Of a DNA stretch of 64,000 nucleotides, positions 45,871-54,947 are shown one piece after another. A program made the translations under genes and the position numbers. The number at the start of each line of letters is the position of its first letter. Positions within the stretch are counted from its first letter, which is position 1. Source of the stretch: Phototrophicaceae bacterium (GTDB lineage: Bacteria; Chloroflexota; Anaerolineae; Aggregatilineales; Phototrophicaceae); the NCBI GenBank assembly GCA_049318945.1, contig JBMOEO010000004.1, forward strand, positions 10,904 to 74,903, given 5' to 3'. Below the pieces are notes generated by a model that did not search any database, was not told the origin of the DNA, and was given only the letters and a program-made list of their open reading frames with translations.

Positions 45871-47082
45871 CTACTTACTTTCTTGATTATCAGATTGAAT
45901 GGCTTGTCGCTTTTGCCAAGTCACTTTTTGGGAGCCACGCATCCAACGCCATAACCCCAACAATGCGGCAAAATTTGAACTAACAAAGAAATACGGAACG
46001 CTCAATAAGCGTACCGAACGATTACCCCGTTCTGCAAGCCAGCCTAAAAATGCCAGCCCATACACCGCCACTTGCCCGAACAACAATAGCCCACCGAGCC
46101 ACCCGCCCAAACGGAACAAGCCACGCCCCACACCGAAGACCAACCCCAAGATATTGGTGAGCAACATCAACACCATGAACACTGGGGTGAGTGGACGCAA
46201 CAGTTTATGGGAGAACAAACGGAAGCTGACTTCTGCACTGGGAGCGTTGAGGTAGCCCGCGCTGAACAATGCCTGATAGCGACCGGCATTGATCCGTATA
46301 CGACGCTTGAACTCATCCCCCATGTTGTTGCTGGCATCATCATAGCTGACGGCATCGCGTTCATAAATCACGCGCTTGCCCTGTCGCAAGACTTCCATAG
46401 CAATGCTAAATTCATCGTTGACGGTGCCGGCTTTTAAGGGGCGATATAACTCACGGCGAATGGCGAACATATTCCCATGCACAGCAACCGTGCTACCGGT
46501 TGCGCTTTCCCATTCACGCAGGGCAGCTTCGTATTGCCAATATAAGCCGGCGGGTTTAGCAACCGCGTTTTGCGCATCCCACACCGCCAACGTCCCCACC
46601 ACCACGCCAATCTGTGGGTTTTGGAAGTGCTTCACCAATTGACGGATGGCATCGGTTTCGTAGCTGGGGGACGCATCACTCAAAATCACAATGTCGCTGG
46701 TTGCCAGTTCAAAGCCCATGTTGACGCTGGTCATCTTGCCACTACGTTGCGCCTTCTCCACCAAACGAACGCCATGCTCTTGTGCATACTTACGCCCTAG
46801 TTCCAGTGTGCCATCATCGCTCCCATCATCAATGAGCATGATTTCCAGCTTAGGATAGTCAATCGCTAGGCTGTTGTCCAATTTGCGTTGGATCACATCA
46901 ATCTCATTGTACGCAGGAATCAACAAGGTGACGCTGGGTAAGCTGTCCTCATCCTCGATAGGTGCTGGCGTAACCTTGCCAGCCATGCGTGCGCGATACC
47001 ACATCAATAATGGGTATCCAAAGTACGTCCAAAAGAATAATGAGAAATTCGTCCAGAACAGTGTGCTAACGATCAAGTGCAT
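45871..47082 (-). CDS. Glycosyltransferase family 2, membrane-embedded synthase-like
   Basis: 403 aa. N-terminal TM helix, LIPAYNE...IDDGSDDGT, ILSDAS (DxD-like), KRRIRINAG in the position of Q/RxxRW, and C-terminal TM helices. Confidence 0.85.
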   Translation of the reverse strand: MHLIVSTLFWTNFSLFFWTYFGYPLLMWYRARMAGKVTPAPIEDEDSLPSVTLLIPAYNEIDVIQRKLDNSLAIDYPKLEIMLIDDGSDDGTLELGRKYAQEHGVRLVEKAQRSGKMTSVNMGFELATSDIVILSDASPSYETDAIRQLVKHFQNPQIGVVVGTLAVWDAQNAVAKPAGLYWQYEAALREWESATGSTVAVHGNMFAIRRELYRPLKAGTVNDEFSIAMEVLRQGKRVIYERDAVSYDDASNNMGDEFKRRIRINAGRYQALFSAGYLNAPSAEVSFRLFSHKLLRPLTPVFMVLMLLTNILGLVFGVGRGLFRLGGWLGGLLLFGQVAVYGLAFLGWLAERGNRSVRLLSVPYFFVSSNFAALLGLWRWMRGSQKVTWQKRQAIQSDNQESK

Positions 47083-47091
47083 ATCCCTTCT

Positions 47092-48861
47092 CTAGCGTGC
47101 GCCACGTTGTTGAAAGACTGCTAAAAAGGTGCGTACCAAGATTTGTATATCCAAAGAAACGCACATCTTATTCACGTACATGCGGTCAAAATCCACCCAG
47201 ATATTGAAGTCGGTTGTACCGCGTGCCGCCACTTGCCACAAACCCGTGATGCCCGGACGCACGCCGAGCCGTTCGGTATGGAATAGTTGATAACTATCCA
47301 AGCCCCAGCTGGTTGGGCGCGGTCCCACGATGCTCATATCCCCACGCAACACATTCAACAATTGGGGTAGCTCATCCAAGCTGGTCTTGCGCAAGATTGA
47401 GCCGATGCGCGTGATGCGTGGATCGCGCTTAAGTTTGAGCGGTTCTGCTAATTTGCCATCGGCGTTCAACTTCGCCAATCCTTGCGCCGCCAATTCCTTG
47501 AGCTTCTCTTCCGCATTGGGCACCATCGTGCGGAACTTAACCATCTTGAACCGCTCTCCCCCGCGCCCGGTACGATATTGCATGAAGAAAATGGGACCTC
47601 GGTCTTCTAAGTAGATCAACAAAGCAACGACCAACCCAATCGGCAAGATGAACGGCATCACCATCAAAACCACAAAGGTATCAAAAATCCGCTTCAAGAA
47701 GCTGTACAAGCTACGCGAAGTTTCAGTTTGATAGGGCAAGATATTCAACCAAGAATCTGGGCGGAGCAACTGGTCATATTGCGAGTCTGCCCCTAACCAA
47801 AAGTCAGAAGCGTTGGGAGGTTGAACATCAGGCCACGGTTGAAAGATTTGTTGCAAGCCTGCCGACACCCCACTATTCACTTGCTTTCTTTCTATGGTGG
47901 TTAAACTCGCTTTGATGGGAGTAAGCTGGCTGAGGGGTAACGCACCCCCGCTTGAAGCCGACAACATTGGAGAGGAGGTAACTTCGCCCAGTTTGCCTCC
48001 CCCGTTGTTGGTATCGGAATGACTGGAGTTTTCATCATCAAGATGGCGCAAACGGCTTTGTGCCTTTTCAATGAGGTCATTGTAGATGAAGCCATCTTCG
48101 GGGAACATCGCGCTTCCCACCATAACCTTGATCGCCAAGCGTTGAGAGATTTCCTTGTACAAGCGTGCGGTTGCACGTTCTAGGCGTTCGGCAGTGGTTT
48201 CGGGCATAATGATGACAATATCATTTTGATAGAGCATCACCCCATCAATCTTATACACCACCAATTCAATCACCTGTGCCAAGCGCACTTGCAAGTAGTG
48301 CTTCTGCAATTCTTGCTCTAGGTCAAATTTATAAGTGCCCAAGCGTGAGCGAAGCAATTCTTCCGTACTCACATACACCACCCCCACATTGCGCTCAAAG
48401 CGACGGGCACGTGCCAGCTCTGCTTGTAGCGTTTCTAGCCCGCGTGACATGGGCATAATGCGGAACTCATCTGGGGGGATTAAAACATTTTCCACCGTGT
48501 TTTCAAATGAGAGCAATGCTTGGCTAAGCAAACGGAAGATCACAATGGTGAGATAGATAATCACTACCTCCAACGTGAAGATTGCCAGATTGGTTTGTCC
48601 TAGCGGAATCCCAAAGAAGGTTTTCAAGAGGGCGTAGATTCCAACCATTGGCACGAAGATGTATTCAGTACGACGAGAAACATCCGGCATTAAAATAGCA
48701 ATCAACGCCCCCACGAAAGCGGCAATATAGACGTAGCTATCTAGGTTGATATTGATCTCGTCAATGCCAAGCCCAAGCAGTTCAATGTCGGGGCGTTCAA
48801 GGTTGAACACGAGCGTCAACCAAACCACTGACAGAATAATTAAAGTACGAAATCGAGTCAT
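47092..48861 (-). CDS. Polyprenyl glycosylphosphotransferase with N-terminal TM region and a degenerate GGDEF-like domain
   Basis: 589 aa. 4-5 N-terminal helices. ELARARRFERNVGVVYV...MLYQNDIVIIMPETT...GSAMFPEDG aligns to the GGDEF fold without the GGDEF motif. C-terminal FKRIFD...GPRPT...PGITGLWQV sugar transferase domain. Confidence 0.8.
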   Translation of the reverse strand: MTRFRTLIILSVVWLTLVFNLERPDIELLGLGIDEININLDSYVYIAAFVGALIAILMPDVSRRTEYIFVPMVGIYALLKTFFGIPLGQTNLAIFTLEVVIIYLTIVIFRLLSQALLSFENTVENVLIPPDEFRIMPMSRGLETLQAELARARRFERNVGVVYVSTEELLRSRLGTYKFDLEQELQKHYLQVRLAQVIELVVYKIDGVMLYQNDIVIIMPETTAERLERATARLYKEISQRLAIKVMVGSAMFPEDGFIYNDLIEKAQSRLRHLDDENSSHSDTNNGGGKLGEVTSSPMLSASSGGALPLSQLTPIKASLTTIERKQVNSGVSAGLQQIFQPWPDVQPPNASDFWLGADSQYDQLLRPDSWLNILPYQTETSRSLYSFLKRIFDTFVVLMVMPFILPIGLVVALLIYLEDRGPIFFMQYRTGRGGERFKMVKFRTMVPNAEEKLKELAAQGLAKLNADGKLAEPLKLKRDPRITRIGSILRKTSLDELPQLLNVLRGDMSIVGPRPTSWGLDSYQLFHTERLGVRPGITGLWQVAARGTTDFNIWVDFDRMYVNKMCVSLDIQILVRTFLAVFQQRGAR

Positions 48862-49200
48862 TCGCTTGCCCTGTTACTTTCTCTAAAGATGTTGTAACAA
48901 TCCAGCAGGTTATCAGATTGATTGTGACTATAACACAAGATGAAACCGTGCTTCTTTAGTTTTGCGTCATTTTTATCAGATCACTGAAAAGACGAACTTA
49001 ATACAAACATAGACCAACCGAAAGGCTAACCGCATCAAAATAACAGGTTAGTTTTCAGTTTGCCTCTAACCTCATTATAACCCCTTGCTGGCGGGAAACT
49101 AACATTTTGCAACGGCAAAGTTCTAACGATCTTGCAACATTTAGGAAAGGATTTTATAACGTGGCAGGGATTGACTTTGAAGTTATAGCCATGTTTTTGG

Positions 49201-49246
49201 GGGTATGAAAAGCGTTTACCTACGTTTATTAAACGCTTTCATACCC
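49201..49246. other. Long hairpin (17-bp stem with one bulged A, 11-nt loop)
   Basis: GGGTATGAAAAGCGTTTA...TAAACGCTTTCATACCC, 19 nt beyond the stop of the minus-strand methyltransferase gene. No U-tract. Confidence 0.5.
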
Positions 49247-49264
49247 ATAAACAAACGGTTTGTC

Positions 49265-50005
49265 TTAAGTTAGTGCTTCTTTGGGAGAGGGTTTTTGCCC
49301 AACGAAGATGTGCCGTTCATAGCTGTCTAGCACATAGTGCGCTTCAAAACCCACCTCCCCCATCACCCTCAACCAGTCTGACAAGGGGAATAATCCGAGC
49401 GTGTGTTGGTCGGCAATCACCTGAGTGGGTTGCCCCGCTTCGTGGGTGACAATAATGTAATCCGTAAGATAGATGCTATCGCTTTCATCAGGATCATACG
49501 CCCACTCTAAATAGCGTAACGCTTGCCCATCCTCGCCATCCTCCCCACCATGCTCGGTGCTGGGTTCAAATGACTCACGCACATGATCGGGCGCGATCAC
49601 CAATATTCCGCCTGCTCGGCAGTGTACCCAAGCCGTTTGGATTGCCAAGCGCAAATCCTCTAACGTGGTCATGTAATCAATCGCATCATGGATGAACACA
49701 GCATCATAGGTTTGGTTCAAGCGTATCTGGCGCATATCCCCTTGATGATGTTCACAGTCGGGGTTAAGGGTTTGGCTCATCTCCAGCATTTCGGCGAACA
49801 AATCGACCAGCGTCACCTTTGCAAAAGCAGACTTCATGTAGAAGGCATTATTGCCTCCCCCACTCCCCAGTTCCAAAAGACTGCGGTCAGGATGTTGCGT
49901 CCCATGTTGTGCGAATAGTTCCAAAAAGAAAGTTGCTTCCTCTTCATAATCAGCAGGGGAAGATAACAAATACCACCAACGCGCTAATTCATTGTAAAGT
50001 TTCAT
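49265..50005 (-). CDS. Class I SAM-dependent methyltransferase
   Basis: 246 aa. Motif I is LLELGSGGGNNA; DAVFIHDAIDY follows as post-I/II. Confidence 0.8.
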   Translation of the reverse strand: MKLYNELARWWYLLSSPADYEEEATFFLELFAQHGTQHPDRSLLELGSGGGNNAFYMKSAFAKVTLVDLFAEMLEMSQTLNPDCEHHQGDMRQIRLNQTYDAVFIHDAIDYMTTLEDLRLAIQTAWVHCRAGGILVIAPDHVRESFEPSTEHGGEDGEDGQALRYLEWAYDPDESDSIYLTDYIIVTHEAGQPTQVIADQHTLGLFPLSDWLRVMGEVGFEAHYVLDSYERHIFVGQKPSPKEALT

Positions 50006-50121
50006 TTTCAGATGACCTATATTATTGGCAAAATTATTCTGCAGTAGAATTTTATCGTATCCAAGTCATAACAAAATACATTGTATTCCAGTGTAAGAGA
50101 TTATTGTCAAAAGGTATAAAG

Positions 50122-50138
50122 ATCATCATAATGATGAT
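50122..50138. promoter_or_regulatory. 17-bp palindrome ATCATCAT-A-ATGATGAT
   Basis: Perfect 8-bp inverted repeat, 50 nt upstream of the ATG at 50188 and just downstream of a TATAAA hexamer (50115-50120). Confidence 0.35.
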
Positions 50139-50187
50139 AGCGTATCATTTACAGAATTCATCACAACTGACATGAATGGGAAGTCCA

Positions 50188-50652
50188 ATGCCAGCGAGAT
50201 TGTCATTCTATCTCGATAAACAGGTTCTATTTGTGGATGCTTATGGGCAGTTAACCTATGACCAGATTGAGGAGACGGCAGCTTGCGGATATTGGTATAT
50301 CAGCCAAGCTGACCGCCCCATTAACTTGATTGCCAGCCTACAACATGTTTCTTCTTTTGATTACCTTAGTTCAGAGTTGTTGAGTTTGAAGGTACCTAAA
50401 CGCCCCGCCCCTAACTCTGGATGGGTCATCTTTCTAAGTATCAACCCCATTTACAACGCAGCCGCGTCACTTTTACATGGATTCGTTCCTAATATCAAGC
50501 TCATGACTTTAGGAAGCATCAGCCAAGCGACGGATTTTTTACGCCAGCAGGGCTATCCACACACCTTCACGATGGAAGAATTGCGATCAACCATCCACTA
50601 CGAAACGGGTACATGGTCAGAGGAAGTCCGTCAGGTTTATAATTCTTTATAA
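50188..50652 (+). CDS. STAS/SpoIIAA-like small protein (paralog D)
   Basis: ATG at 50188 (MPARLSFYL) chosen by analogy with the MPYK/MPIQ starts of the other paralogs; the track ORF starts at 50176. Shares PNSGW and the C-terminal layout with paralogs A-C. Confidence 0.6.
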   Translation: MPARLSFYLDKQVLFVDAYGQLTYDQIEETAACGYWYISQADRPINLIASLQHVSSFDYLSSELLSLKVPKRPAPNSGWVIFLSINPIYNAAASLLHGFVPNIKLMTLGSISQATDFLRQQGYPHTFTMEELRSTIHYETGTWSEEVRQVYNSL

Positions 50653-50866
50653 ACCATCTTTGTTTATGAGTAACTGACTAAGCAGAATTGAGTAACCTGT
50701 AAGAGAACCATGCGAACTGCTTGCTAAGTATTTACTTCGGGCGTATGATCCCTACAAAATTGTCGGTTGGTAAGAAGCATTCTTAAATTAGGAATGTAAC
50801 TGCCCCACCGAACACGCCTGCCCTTGCGCGTGAACTTGATGGATGTGTGCTTAGAGGAGAATCGTG

Positions 50867-51832
50867 ATGCAAAATCGTGAAATCGTGGTTGACAATCTGG
50901 TCAAGCGATATGGTGATTTCACCGCTGTAAATGGTGTTTCGTTCCGTGTTGAATCAGGAGAAGTATATGGGTTTCTTGGTCCAAACGGCGCGGGCAAATC
51001 TACCACTGTTTCCATGTTGACCACCTTAAGCCTGCCCACAAGTGGTCATGCCACCGTTGGGGGATATGATGTGCGCTCGCACGCTTACGACGTTCGCCGT
51101 GTAGCAGGGGTCGCCCTGCAAGAAATCGGCTTAGACCCGCTCATGAAGTCGCTAGAACTGTTGTCCCTGCAGGGGCGCGTATTCGGCATGAATTACAAAG
51201 ACTCCATGCGTCGTGCACATGAGCTGTTAGAGCTAGTGAATCTAACGGAGTTCACCGCTCGCCCTGTTGGCAAATACAGCGGAGGGATGCGTCGGCGGTT
51301 AGACCTTGCGCTGGCTCTGGTTCATCAGCCAGATGTATTGTTCTTGGACGAACCCACCACAGGGCTAGACCCTGCCAGCCGTCGTGATATTTGGAAAGAA
51401 GTTGCACGGCTCAATAGCGAGTTAGGCATCACCATCTTCTTGACTACGCAATATCTGGAAGAAGCAGACCAACTTGCCAACCGTATCGCCATCATCAATC
51501 AAGGCGTGATTGCGGTAGAGGGCAAGCCAGCCGAGCTAAAGGCGAACATGGGCGGGGATGCCATTAACCTTGCCTTTGAAGATGTCAGCTTGGTGGATAA
51601 GGCGATCAGCGAAGTGCAAGACATGGTGACGCGCACCCAAATTGACCGCGACACCTTACGCCTATACTTGCCCAACGCCGCCGCGGCAGTACCTGCTGTG
51701 GTGACGCGCTTGCAAGCCGCCCACATTCAACCCATCTCACTCACCCTCACCCAACCCACCTTGGATGATGTGTTCTTACAAGTCACCGGACAACGCTTCG
51801 CTACAGAAGAAAAAGAAGAAAAAGTGGCATAG
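50867..51832 (+). CDS. ABC transporter ATP-binding protein (ABC-2 / DrrA-like exporter)
   Basis: ATG at 50867 with GAGGAG 7 nt upstream. Walker A GPNGAGKST, signature YSGGMRRRL, Walker B LFLDEPTTGLD. Confidence 0.9.
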   Translation: MQNREIVVDNLVKRYGDFTAVNGVSFRVESGEVYGFLGPNGAGKSTTVSMLTTLSLPTSGHATVGGYDVRSHAYDVRRVAGVALQEIGLDPLMKSLELLSLQGRVFGMNYKDSMRRAHELLELVNLTEFTARPVGKYSGGMRRRLDLALALVHQPDVLFLDEPTTGLDPASRRDIWKEVARLNSELGITIFLTTQYLEEADQLANRIAIINQGVIAVEGKPAELKANMGGDAINLAFEDVSLVDKAISEVQDMVTRTQIDRDTLRLYLPNAAAAVPAVVTRLQAAHIQPISLTLTQPTLDDVFLQVTGQRFATEEKEEKVA

Positions 51833-51853
51833 CCCACAGGAGTTGATAATCCC

Positions 51854-52684
51854 ATGACCGCAACCGTTATTCGCCCAACCCAATCCACCGCACGTTCCGC
51901 TAAAGCCTCGCACAAGATGCCTTTCTTGGTGCAGGTATGGATGATGTCCCGTCGTAGCCTTGTCACCATGTTTCGTGATCCCGCCGCCATCATCCCTGGC
52001 TTGATCTTAGGGGTATTCTTCTTGGTGATTTATGAGGCATCTTTAGGAGGAGCAGCACAATTCTTTTTACGCGGACAAAGCTATCTCGGCTTCATCCTCC
52101 CCTTATCCGTCATCAGCACCGCCCTAAGTGGTGCAGGCATAGCCGGTCAGGCAGTGATCCGCGATATTGATTCTGGCTACTTCGATAAGCTATTGCTGAC
52201 CCCCATCTCACGGGCGGCACTCTTGCTTGCTCCCATGATTGCCGCGGCGTTGGTGTTGGTCATGCAGTCCAGCGCAGTGGTATTGGTTGGCATCCTACTA
52301 GGATTAGAGCCTGCCACCGGCTGGCTAGGGGTATTGACCTTGCTAGGCTATGCGCTCTTGATTGGGGTTGCCCTCGCGGGTTTGATCGTTGGGATCGCGC
52401 TCCGCACCAACAGTGCCTCTGCCACCAGTGGAGCATCCTTCCTGTTCTTCCCACTCACCTTCTTGACGGCAACCTTCACCCCCAAAGAATTACTCACGGG
52501 CTGGCTAAAAGTAGCAGCACAGTGGAATCCTATCACCTACATCCTAGAGGCTTGTCGCTCATTGTTGAACATTGGTTGGGAGCCACAGGTATTGTTCACT
52601 GGCTTGTGGGTTTCGTTGGGGGTGTGTGTTGTCACCTTCGCGTTTGCCTCCCTCAGTTTACGGGCACGCACGCAACGCCGTTAG
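51854..52684 (+). CDS. ABC-2 type transporter permease
   Basis: 276 aa with 6 hydrophobic helices, immediately downstream of the ATPase. Confidence 0.8.
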   Translation: MTATVIRPTQSTARSAKASHKMPFLVQVWMMSRRSLVTMFRDPAAIIPGLILGVFFLVIYEASLGGAAQFFLRGQSYLGFILPLSVISTALSGAGIAGQAVIRDIDSGYFDKLLLTPISRAALLLAPMIAAALVLVMQSSAVVLVGILLGLEPATGWLGVLTLLGYALLIGVALAGLIVGIALRTNSASATSGASFLFFPLTFLTATFTPKELLTGWLKVAAQWNPITYILEACRSLLNIGWEPQVLFTGLWVSLGVCVVTFAFASLSLRARTQRR

Positions 52685-52730
52685 TTATTCTTGGGGAGCA
52701 CGTGACAGTATCACTTGCTCCCCTTATAAA

Positions 52731-53468
52731 TTATACACGCTTGGGGTGTGCTAAGACGAAAATCAAATCCCCACGGCGGTGAGAGTTGAACGAGAAGAGG
52801 GTATAAATTGCCCACGCCAAGAATTTACGAGTCCAGCCATATTCTCCATCCGTACCTTGCCCACCCACAAAAGTAAGATACCAGCGATACAAAGGAGAAT
52901 AAAATGGGAATCCCCATTCAATAACCGTATCAATCTCAAATCCAACCGATTCCATCTTAGAGATTAATTCTCCACGACGATAATTCCGAACATGACCAAC
53001 CACCTCTTTTTCCCATGATGGCAGGCTATTTCCTTGAACCGTGCCAATGATGGTGTATTGATTGGTCATGCGGTGAATATTGGCGAGTGCGGCAACATCA
53101 TCCTCAATATGCTCAACAACATCTAAGCTATAAGTTAGGTCAAACTTTTGACCAAACCGCTCAAGCATATCATCGGTCTGTAAATCCAAAGCGAAGTAAG
53201 TCCCCTGCCCAACACGATGCGCGGTAATGTCTGCGCTGGACTGGGAATAATCTATCCCACCCACACGGTTAATTTGTGGGTGGCGTTCCAAAAGTTCAAG
53301 TAACATTTCGCCTTGCCCACATCCCACATCCAAAACACTGGTAAAGGTTAAACCAGTAGTTAGCTGATGGGCTAAACGGCGCACATGGCGAGAATAGGGA
53401 CCATACTTCTTCATATCGTCCCAGCGTTGTTCCCAAGCGGAATCATAATCATACGGCGTATTCGTCAT
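52731..53468 (-). CDS. Class I SAM-dependent methyltransferase
   Basis: 245 aa. Motif I is VLDVGCGQGEM. Confidence 0.8.
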   Translation of the reverse strand: MTNTPYDYDSAWEQRWDDMKKYGPYSRHVRRLAHQLTTGLTFTSVLDVGCGQGEMLLELLERHPQINRVGGIDYSQSSADITAHRVGQGTYFALDLQTDDMLERFGQKFDLTYSLDVVEHIEDDVAALANIHRMTNQYTIIGTVQGNSLPSWEKEVVGHVRNYRRGELISKMESVGFEIDTVIEWGFPFYSPLYRWYLTFVGGQGTDGEYGWTRKFLAWAIYTLFSFNSHRRGDLIFVLAHPKRV

Positions 53469-53552
53469 TATCTACTGCAACCATCCATGATGTTATCTAT
53501 TCTAGTATGCGTAGATATGACATTAATGGCTCTGCCCTAGAACTGCAATGCC

Positions 53553-54050
53553 TTACACGCCTTTGGTATAAAATGAATCTGCCATCAAAGCTGGCTTTAT
53601 GCGTTCTACCATATCTTCGATGAATTGCTTATCTTCGTCGCTGAAGGGGGGATTATGTGGATCTGCCTTCGAGAAATTGAGGGTGCCGTAGGCAAGGTGA
53701 TTATGCTTGATTGGTGCACCGATGTAGGTCTCTAGCTTGAACGAGCCATAGCATGGATGTTTGGCGAAAACAGAATGACGCATTTCATGGATCGCCACTA
53801 CGTTATTTTGCGCTAGGGTGATGTGGCAATAGGTATTCCCCAATACGAACTTCTGCCCATCCGTCAGCGCGTCAGCTGGCGAAACATTGCGATACACTTT
53901 GTAGACCAGTTTATCTACACGGCTTAAAATGGCGATGCTGGTATCAAATGCCTCATTCCCCAATTGTAAGGTTTGATTGATCTTCTCATCATCGGTCATG
54001 GCGGATTCCCAGATTTGATCTAACCGCTCGCGTATTTGTGGAGTAATCAT
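53553..54050 (-). CDS. GAF domain protein
   Basis: ATG at 54050 with AAGAGG 8 nt upstream; the track ORF starts at GTG 54068. Single-domain pattern ...GNTYCHITL...YIGAPIKHNHLAYGTLNFS... is typical of GAF. Confidence 0.65.
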   Translation of the reverse strand: MITPQIRERLDQIWESAMTDDEKINQTLQLGNEAFDTSIAILSRVDKLVYKVYRNVSPADALTDGQKFVLGNTYCHITLAQNNVVAIHEMRHSVFAKHPCYGSFKLETYIGAPIKHNHLAYGTLNFSKADPHNPPFSDEDKQFIEDMVERIKPALMADSFYTKGV

Positions 54051-54481
54051 TCGTTTTACCTCTTTCACCCATCACTCTTTTTTATAGGTATTTTTACTTT
54101 ATTCAAAATCTCATTTTCAAACTACCTAAAAAGTAGTAAAAATTAATTTAGCATCAAGGTTCTTCATTCTGGCTTATAGCAAACGCTATATAAAAATCAG
54201 GTTGGTTGAGATAGGGTTATTAACTTATTCATAATCTCAAATATTTTTTTGTTTACTCCCACAGAAACAATAAAGAAAACAGCATTAAGGTTTCATTGTG
54301 GATTCGCCATCAAACTGATTGGTTCAAGCATTACAAGACCCTAACCATGTTATTTCACAATTCAAACTGAATAAATCATAAAGATGGTGTAAATTATAAG
54401 CATGCAATCAATTTACCTATTTCAGTAAGTTGAGTATCTCTGATCTTAGTATATAAGCAATCTCAAAGGATTTTCATTACC

Positions 54482-54889
54482 ATGACCCGTAAGACCGTTC
54501 TCGTTGTTGTTCTCGTTGCTATTCTCTCTACACTCTTCGTTTCTACCGTTGGTGCAACTGACCCCTATGTCAATGGTGTTCTCAGCTCTGGCTATAGCCT
54601 AGACAACACCACTCACCGCACAAACATTCTTCGCTGGCTTGGCAAGAACACCGGCTTGGATGCTTCTGGAATCACCGGCGCAGATGTTGACCTGTACATG
54701 GCAGCTGTTCCCCTCAAGACCACCTCTGGACAATTCCTAAGCTACCACTACTCCTGCGCTCCTGACACCAACGTGCGTGGTGTTGTTCCAGCAGAAGTAC
54801 GTTCCTATGGTGTAATCACCAGCACTGGCACGGCAATTGTCAACTGGGTTGGTTCACAAGGCGCGTTCCGCTACCTCTGCAACCAATAA
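54482..54889 (+). CDS. Small secreted protein of unknown function
   Basis: 135 aa. Signal peptide MTRKTVLVVVLVAILSTLFVSTVGA. Two Cys residues. Marked preference for C/T-ending codons. Strong terminator downstream and a 412-bp AT-rich upstream region. Confidence 0.7.
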   Translation: MTRKTVLVVVLVAILSTLFVSTVGATDPYVNGVLSSGYSLDNTTHRTNILRWLGKNTGLDASGITGADVDLYMAAVPLKTTSGQFLSYHYSCAPDTNVRGVVPAEVRSYGVITSTGTAIVNWVGSQGAFRYLCNQ

Positions 54890-54914
54890 GCCATTTCTCA
54901 CCATTCACTACAAG

Positions 54915-54944
54915 AAAGGGGCAACTGCTAGTTGCCCCTTTTTG
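54915..54944 (+). terminator. Bidirectional rho-independent terminator between convergent genes
   Basis: AAAGGGGCAAC-TGCTA-GTTGCCCCTTT followed by TTTG on plus. The minus-strand reading is followed by TTTCTTG. Confidence 0.85.
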
Positions 54945-54947
54945 ATT

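Noticed and set aside
44481-48861. c-di-GMP I-site (RxxD) in the two degenerate GGDEF-like domains
   Set aside because: At the position five residues upstream of the GGDEF-equivalent, the sequences read DEVD (44481 gene) and YKID (47092 gene). The Arg is absent in both, so I-site-type binding cannot be claimed from sequence.
48862-49070. Possible c-di-GMP-I (GEMM) riboswitch in the EPS-cluster leader: minus-strand GGCAAAC and GACGCAAAAC motifs
   Set aside because: The two motifs are about 100 nt apart, against roughly 20-30 nt in GEMM-I as I recall it. I could not build the flanking P1/P2 pairings. A nearby stem (AGGTTAG...CTAACCT followed by GTTATTTTG) looks more like a simple attenuator. 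A covariance-model scan (Rfam RF01051/RF01786) is needed. A hit would reverse this rejection.
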